Of a stretch of 64,000 nt of DNA, positions 55,776 through 64,000 are shown piece by piece; positions within the stretch are counted from its first letter, which is position 1; the number at the start of each line of letters is the position of its first letter. The translations under genes were made by a program, and so were the position numbers. This DNA is from Octopus vulgaris (lineage: Eukaryota): positions 20,274,001-20,338,000 of the forward strand of contig OX597821.1 in NCBI GenBank assembly GCA_951406725.2, given 5' to 3'. Under the pieces are notes generated by a model. That model worked only from the letters and a program-made list of their open reading frames with translations. It did no database searches and had not been told where the DNA came from.

Positions 55776-56789
55776 AAATTTCTACAGAATAATTTTATTG
55801 CTTTTATTTAAACTATAAATTTTATCCTTATTTAAAGAAGATGAGAAAGTAAGTTTTCGACTTTTGAATGCTACAACAGTTGCACCAAACTTTCATCCAG
55901 ACCAAATCGCTGTGAACACAGACTTATAAGCATTTAATGGGACCCACATCTACATTGTAAATTCCTGATTTTCTATGACATTGCACCTGGATAGTGTTTT
56001 AAAATTTAACAATTTGAAAATAATTGATGTTAAAATGTGCAGTTTGAAACATTCCGTCACTGAGAGAATGTTAATTTATACCGTTGTACTCGTTACTTTA
56101 TAGATGTATCTGCTGTACGCAGTACCTTTAATGAATATGTAAATGAAACGTTAGCATTTCTGAATACCTGTGAGGCTTATTGAATATTCTAATTATCTCT
56201 AGTTTTAGGTGTGCTTCTTAATATTTGCTAAACGACAACAGCTTGTATTGGTTTAAGGGTATTGGTTTAAGGGTACTCGGGTATATCTCAAGTGATAACA
56301 ATTAACTGCGTTTTAAGGTTTGATGCTTAACAGTGGTTTGCGGGGTCGTAATTAGCAAGAATCTAAGGACTGGTAGTTATCTATGATTTCAATGTAATTA
56401 ACAGTATTTCAAATTCATTAAACTGATGAAAGAGAAGTTATGCTCCATTTATTCTCTTTCTGGTTACCTGATACAATTCCCCACTCTCCAGTAACGGGAA
56501 CAAACAAAATGTACAATAATGTAATCTGCACAACAACAACGAAACTCCTGCAGTGTCTTCTAACTTTGGACCTTAAACTAGACGCATTAATACATTATCA
56601 AATCATCATTCCTAATTCTAAACATCTTCTGCTCTCATCTAAAGCAGAAACAACTCTGTTAGATAGCAAAAGAGAAACTTTTACATTGCTCCTTAACCGT
56701 ATTTACTCGGAGAATAACTTCACTACTAGATGCGATGAGTTGTTAAAAATTCCAGCTTACATAATGCACCATCAACAAAACCTTAGATA

Positions 56790-56985
56790 TGAGTGGGTGC
56801 TGAGAATTTCCTGGCTTTGGGTAAAAGAAAATGCAGGTATATTGATTAATTACGATTTTCTTCAACATATTCCCCTCTCAGATTCACACCCTTTTTGCAT
56901 CGTTCCTTCAGAATTCAGAATGTTGGACTTCCACCTAAGCCTTTTGTGACCCCCTTAAAGCCAGGAACTTTTTAGATCTCCCTAG
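56790..56985. mobile_element. Mariner-type MITE, second copy
   Basis: TA-tgagtgggtgctgagaatttcctggcttt ... aaagccaggaactttttagatctccctag-TA. The interior matches 42799-43006. Confidence 0.75.
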
Positions 56986-57596
56986 TATATCCTAGCCGAG
57001 ATACTATGTTTAATTAAATATAGTAGAAAAATGCAGTGTTATATTAAACACAGCGTCGTACAACGCTGAGTACAGACGGAATTAGCACAGTATACTGTGT
57101 AGATACATGTAATATTTTGTCAGACTAATTAATGTATCGTGTGGTGTGGCACCATGCGTAATATAACAGAATGGATAGCCAAGGTATTGCTTTTAACCAA
57201 ATGAAATGTTCGGTAACTGAGTGGAAAGAAACGTGATGAAGGGTGTATAATAGAAGCGTTTTACATCTCGACAAACAATAACGATGTGGAATACAGAATA
57301 TAACATTGAGCGTTGATTTCTCAGTGTAATCTTGGAGTAATTATGACCGAACGAACGGTTGTGATGATAATAAGAAAGAATTGATGATGGAAGGAGATGA
57401 ATCAGAATGATGAGACATAAAGTAATAGGTTTATGGTGTTTGTTCTGCTTCATTAGAACTATTCATAAGATACTAGCAAACTAATATGAAGCTTACAAAA
57501 GCACAGTTATTAACCCATTCTTCACGCTTACACAAATGCGCCTAGATATACGTATACACATATGTCTGTAAATGTAAGTATATATATGTATATGTG

Positions 57597-57640
<44 letters not shown>

Positions 57641-57793
57641 TAGATATATATAACATATATATATATTCATATATATATATATATGTGTGTGTGTGTATCT
57701 GTGTGTGTATACATATATATACATGTATATAAATTTATATATTTATATATACATGCGCACACACGTACACACACACATACACACACATATATG

Positions 57794-57846
<53 letters not shown>

Positions 57847-58307
57847 ACATACATACACACGCATACACACGCAAGCACATATATATGTTTATACACATAT
57901 ACATGCGCAGATACGACAGAATGGCATAATAATACTTAGTTATTCAATCATGTATAAAACGAAGATAGAGAAATATTCTTCTAACTTTTCTCCTACATGA
58001 TGAAGAAAGCACAATCAATATTTTCAGACAATAAAACTGTTGAGCTGTAATATATTGTGGAGAACGAAACTAACTGGCTAACGTCGTTCAGTCTACTTTA
58101 TCTATATTTGGGAGTACAATATCTCATCAATGTTATAACTGCTAGCCATGATAGTCATGAGATTATACCAATAATCCCGTGTGTTAGTCGCGATAGTGGC
58201 ATATTAGTTGAACCATTAGCGCTCCGTATAGAATGTTGTTTCGGCATATTGCGCTCTCAGTTCTAATCACGTGAAGGTTAACTCGTTGTTAAGCATTTTT
58301 TCCAGCA

Positions 58308-58522
58308 TACTCTTTTACTCTTTTACTTGTTTCAGTCAGTTGACTGCGGCCATGCTGGAGCACCGTCTTTAGTCGAGCAACTCGACCCCGGGACTTATTC
58401 TTTGTAAGCCCAGTACTTATTCTATCGGTCTCTTTTGCCGAACCGCTAAGTGACGGGGACATAAACACACCAGCATCGGCTGTCAAGCAATGCTAGGGGG
58501 ACAAACACAGACACACAAACAT

Positions 58523-58620
<98 letters not shown>

Positions 58621-58782
58621 GACAAGTTTCTTTCAGTTTCCGTCTACCAAATCCACTCACAAGGCCTTGGTCGGCCCGAGGCTATAGTGGAAGACACTTG
58701 CCCAAGATGCCACGCAGTGGGACTGAACCCGGAACCATGTGGTTGGTAAGCAAGCTACTTACCACACAGCCACTCCTGCGCC
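58308..58782 (-). mobile_element. SINE family A, full length
   Basis: Ends cacacagccactcctgcgcc (reverse complement of the head). Highly similar to 41535-41990. Confidence 0.92.
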
Positions 58783-59239
58783 AACTTTCCACTTTAACTC
58801 TCAAAAATATTACGAAGACATTAGCTTTAGCACTATAAATAGCAAGGAGAGCCTGAGGGATTCCAAAGGGCCTAACAGCAGTGGGACTAGCAAACTTATC
58901 GATATTATACAAGAACGTATAAACAAAAAAAGTTAACAGAACATCAGCAAAGTCCCTAAATATCGCAGCCAGTTACCTCTCACATCTCACCAGAAAAACC
59001 TCAAATAACACAGCCAGAGATTGTTTATGATTGAAAGGAGTATCACGGCTGCACTACATTTTTTTTCCCTCAGGTTAAACAAAACATCTGCTTCAAAGCC
59101 GAGTATGATGCAAAATACGAATATAATTAGCAGACAGCAGGATCGATAACACTTACAGTGTCAATAACAAGTAACTGAAACAAAAAACGTTAGCAAACAT
59201 CAATACAATTATCTGTAAGAAGAATAACAACAACAACAA

Positions 59240-59307
59240 CAACGATAATAATAAGGATAATGATGATGATAATAAAAATAATAATAATAATATTAATAAT
59301 AATAAGG

Positions 59308-59364
<57 letters not shown>

Positions 59365-59384
59365 GTAATAATAATAATAGTAAT

Positions 59385-59433
<49 letters not shown>

Positions 59434-59472
59434 GTAATATTAATAATAATAATAATAATAATAGTAATATTG

Positions 59473-59509
<37 letters not shown>

Positions 59510-59571
59510 TAATAATAATAATAATAATAGTAATATTATTAATAACAATAATAATAATAATAATAATAATA

Positions 59572-59613
<42 letters not shown>
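59240..59613. repeat. (AAT)n switching to (ATT)n
   Basis: Directly visible; the strand flips at about 59572. Confidence 0.95.
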
Positions 59614-60450
59614 GGTCACGAGGACACTAAACATGGGGGACAATATCGGAGAACAAGTTACAGCACAAAAAGAATAGCAAAAGCAGAAAAAACGTGGGGC
59701 TAATATCAAAGAAGGAGAGATACTACCACATGATATAACATGACTTGCAAATGATATAACAGTGGATATATAATAGAAAGTAAAGGATTAAGTAATAAAT
59801 AAATAAATAGAATTCCCAATAGCTGATCCGTCTCCTTAGGGTAATCTGGGGTAAACCCCTCACAAAAATCCCAGATTACTCTGCCATCCCCATGGCATGG
59901 GAAAATGCCCTCTTCCAGTTTCTTTCTTTCTGCTTAGAAGAGCATATTCAGAGTAGATCCATTCAGTTTCACCAGTCTTGCCACTGTCAACTCCCTTTTC
60001 ATAATCACACTAGAAGGCAGTACCACCCTCACTACCCTCACCTTCCTCTTCAAATGATATTTGAAATAACTGATGAGAGCATGACCAGATAGGAATGTTC
60101 CTCTCTTCAAACTTTTCAGACGGGTTCATCACACAGCCCATTTTGCCAAAGCCACTAAGCAGAGTAAGACCTGCCTCCCTTCTCTGCTAAGGAAAGGTGG
60201 TGCGTCGATCTTCATTATACAATCGTCTTACACGCGTCAACGGCGGCTGAACACAATCTCACAACTCTCTAATCCATGGACACTGAATTATTGCATGCCG
60301 TACGGTTTCGCTACCCTTCAAGCATCTTGGGCAGTTTCGGATTTTAGCATTTCCATGCCTAAAGAGCTTGTCTCGATCGAGAAATGCCCCTCTGTAGCAC
60401 AGCCAGATTCAATCCTAGGCCATTATCATTCATACCCTCAACTAACACCT
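59614..60450 (-). mobile_element. 3' fragment of Tx1/L1-clade LINE with (AAT)n tail
   Basis: Minus frames give RDKLFRHG..NCPRCLKGSETVRHAIIQC (CCHC knuckle, 60333-60280), LVALAKWAV**TR and LISYFKYHLKRKVRV, with a stop at about 59934. The 3' UTR runs into plus-strand (ATT)n at 59572-59613. Confidence 0.85.
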
Positions 60451-60568
60451 TATAAGAAATATTGAGTTGTTTTTCCGCTAACGATTTTGGGCAGCTCGTA
60501 CAATGCAGTGAGCATCTGGCAACATTGTTCCCTCTCTATCATCAATTTCTTTTTCAAGGGAAAATTAC

Positions 60569-60733
60569 ATTCTGAGTTCAAATTCCGCCGGGGTTGACTT
60601 TGCCTTTCATCCTTTCGAGGTCGATTAAATAAGTACCAGTTACGCACTGGGGTCGATGTAATCGACTTAATACCTATGTCTGTCCTTGTTTGTCCCCCTT
60701 CTTTTTAGCCCCCTGTGGGCAATAAAGAAATAA
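60569..60733 (+). mobile_element. SINE family B, 5'-truncated, tail 1
   Basis: Core followed by gtccttgtttgtccccc..ttagccccctgtgggcaataaagaaa. Confidence 0.85.
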
Positions 60734-62312
60734 ATAAGAGCTTTACCAAATAGGAATATATATATGTCCTCATGCCTTTCAGCCTTATCCACAAAACAAC
60801 TTCTGTCACCATCGCTACCAGGCAAGGGAAAACAGAGGTTGAAGAATATTTACAAAAGCCAATAACATTTGGGCGTATAATACTAGTAATGAATGAGTAC
60901 TTCGTAGAATGGTCATATTGCAATGAGAATATCAGACGCACACCTATTTTCCAAATATATTTTGCGAAAAGGGAAATTTTTGTATGTTTCATGTACTTAT
61001 TGAGAGATAGAGATACTGAAATGTATTTTAAAGTGATTTTACAGGGTAACGTGCATGTAAATACGATGCTGTGACAGTTTACTGGAAAAACAGTATGATA
61101 CCACGAATTTATCATAAGTATAATATATTATACGAAGTGAGTAATTCAACATTTTTTATCGTTGAAATCAACTGTATTTGCTGAGAATTGCCGTAAAAGA
61201 TATAAAACTAATTTTGTGTAAACGTGATCGAGCAGAAGATTGGCGCACAGCTGTTGTGTTTTCCTTGTCATTCACCTGTTGCAAATATCTACCCAGGAGA
61301 ATTTTCATTTAGACAATTAAAGCTCTTTCTTAAAGGTAAACGAGATTTATCAGTTGTGGTTTATGTACGCTGGGAAATGGGGTATAATGAGATTATGTGA
61401 CTGACCCACATAACTGCTGGTGTACCCCAAACAGTTTTCAAACTATAGTGTGATATTTTGGCTTGATTTCAATGTTATTCTTAATACTAATTATTGTGCC
61501 CACCGGATTTGTGCTCATCCGGCTCCCTTGTCTACGACACTCAGTCTCTCATCCGTATTATGGTCGTATAAGATGCAGAGCAATTTGTTTTCATATACAT
61601 TAAAAAAAGCTTGTCTTGTACGCGTGCAAATATATCATACATTCCAAGACATGGCTAATGGTTGAGTACAGTTTCACAACACTCACACATGCACACACAC
61701 ATACGTACGCACTCACACAAACACATACACACACACTCACACACATAGACACACACACTCATATATGTCTGTATGATTGTGCATGTATGGAAAATCATTC
61801 AAATGATTCCAAATGTGAAAATCATACTCACGTCAAGGTAATTGAAGAATATTTGAGTGGCAGGTGTAATTTAGTAAAATCTAATCATACACTAACGAAT
61901 ATATATTGAATAGAAGGCAGCATTTCCTCGTGTAAAACCTAGGTATACCACTCCACAAGAAAAGGGATGATATTACTCCGTAATGGAATGCTTCTGATAT
62001 TAAATCTGCTACATCGAGTCTTAACTGGGGTAAATAACATATACGTCAAATATGCATGTTAACACGTTCGTATGTAACAGTTTTGTAGACGCCTTCTCTG
62101 AAAAGTTAGGAGAGAAGTCAGAGATTGTGCTTAACGAAGATAATACATCAATGTTTGTTCTTTAAATATTAGTTCTATTTTTTTCTGAGCATAAACCAAA
62201 CAGTAAGTATTTCAAATGAAGCGATAAATAAAATTTATAGCTTTTCGCCTTTCAAGAATGACCTTAGAAAGAACAGACATTCTTTAATAACAAAATAGAA
62301 ATCAAACATTTA

Positions 62313-62360
<48 letters not shown>

Positions 62361-62452
62361 CGTGTATGTGTCTGTGTCTGTGTGTATACACGCACTTATA
62401 TATGTAGATGTATATATATTTACACACACATACACACATACACACACACACA

Positions 62453-62492
<40 letters not shown>

Positions 62493-62796
62493 AGTATATA
62501 TGCATAAATAATCTGTATTGATATGTGCATGCGCATGTGTGTGTTTACGAATATATATGTATCTATTTGTGTGATTATTTCTATGTTATGTACACGTATG
62601 TAATCATGCATACACACACATATTCACGCACACACACATATGTATATTAGAGGGAGAAAGTGTGATTAAATCGCGTAGACCTATTAATAGATCGATACAT
62701 ATTTATGTGTCTATGTATATTTTGTCCATGAATGCATCGTTAACTATATCTATAAGTTAATGTCCGCATTGCTTTGACGATACATATATGTATGTT

Positions 62797-62897
<101 letters not shown>

Positions 62898-64000
62898 TTA
62901 TATATATATATGCACATATGTATGGATATACTTATGCATACGCACATATGTATGTGTGCATATGGAGAAAGATGATTAGATAGACAGGTTGATAGATATA
63001 GCCTTCAGTGTGTTTACGTATTTGTGTGAATGCCTATAATGCGATAGTTTTTAATTAAATCTCTGATTTATGACGAAGTGTCAGATTTCTCGGAGATTAT
63101 AATTACAAACTAAAGAAAAAATGTTTCATAATTTATTGAAGAAGATTGAAATCGAAGGTTATTATTAAATCTTTCAAAACTGTAATTATGGAAGTGAATA
63201 GTTAGACAGATGAAAACGACGACAGCAAGGAGGCTGCTTTATTTGTACACCAACTTTTCCTAATTGCACACAAAATTCTTCACGTAATCATCTGTTTGCT
63301 GATTGAAATAAAACGGAACTTTACAGATGAAATTATAATTCCAGGCAGATTTCCAGTGATTATATATATATGCTGGGTGAATTGTTACGTCCGTTCGGTA
63401 TGAAATTGAAAATATGCTGTTAAGCTACACACATTCGTACACACGCCAACACTCACACATACATATATACTAACAGCCACACACACACACACGTAGTTAT
63501 AATTTCTGTTTCTTCACTCTCGTATTATTTCTCTCAATATTTCGAATCACGCGTCATTTTTATATCCATTGTCATAAATTTTTTTCTGATGTTATTGCAC
63601 ATTTTCGAAATGAAATGGGTGGGAAAATATTAAAAAGATAAAATTGAATAAATGATTCATCGTCTGAATGTTTACCGAAAGTCGCCTATAAAAAATTACA
63701 GCAACTCTGCTGACTGTGATTCGGTATACAGTCTTGCTTGTTGGTGTGCACTTTGATCACCTCAGAGATCGTGAGGTGCTTTCCTTTTACAAGAAATTAG
63801 TAGTCTGAGAGGTTTAATAGACATATACACATACCTACGTACATACATACATACATACATATGTATACATTTACTCACGCATATGAGTGTGTATATATGC
63901 ACTTATACATTCATATGTATATGTATTTTATATATACTATATAATATATATTGAGGTACATATTATATGTATATATATCTAGCCATCCATTTATCTATCT

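Noticed and set aside
56440-56949. 169-aa ORF
   Set aside because: Its 3' third lies within a mariner-type MITE and the rest has no recognizable motif.
59240-59613. (AAT)n/(ATT)n hairpin as a functional structure
   Set aside because: The (ATT)n part is explained as the tail of the minus-strand Tx1-like LINE abutting an (AAT)n tract.

Overview
Eukaryotic, AT-rich, repeat-dense window with no host protein-coding gene that I can support. The SINE repertoire and microsatellite density resemble intergenic or intronic DNA of a coleoid cephalopod (Octopus-like); this is an inference. Almost all listed ORFs are translations of microsatellites or low-complexity DNA. Retroelements: CR1-type LINE fragments (559-1658, 26020-26900, 34210-34575, 34720-35335), two 3' ends of one Tx1/L1-clade LINE family (47958-48564 +, 59614-60450 -), Penelope-like pieces including a GIY-YIG remnant and hammerhead-like motifs, and more than 25 copies of at least five tRNA-derived SINE types. 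DNA elements: a full-length but disrupted DD34D mariner (45993-47284), a deleted mariner, several MITEs (one is a 66-bp hAT-type element with a perfect 8-bp TSD), Helitron ends and a probable Harbinger fossil. The best lead is a modular SINE (my label: family B). It forms head-to-tail multimers, one trimer sits inside a single perfect 16-bp TSD, and one of its alternative tails matches the 3' end of the Tx1-like LINE in this window. SINE labels A-E are mine. Boundaries were read by eye, and no database searches were run.
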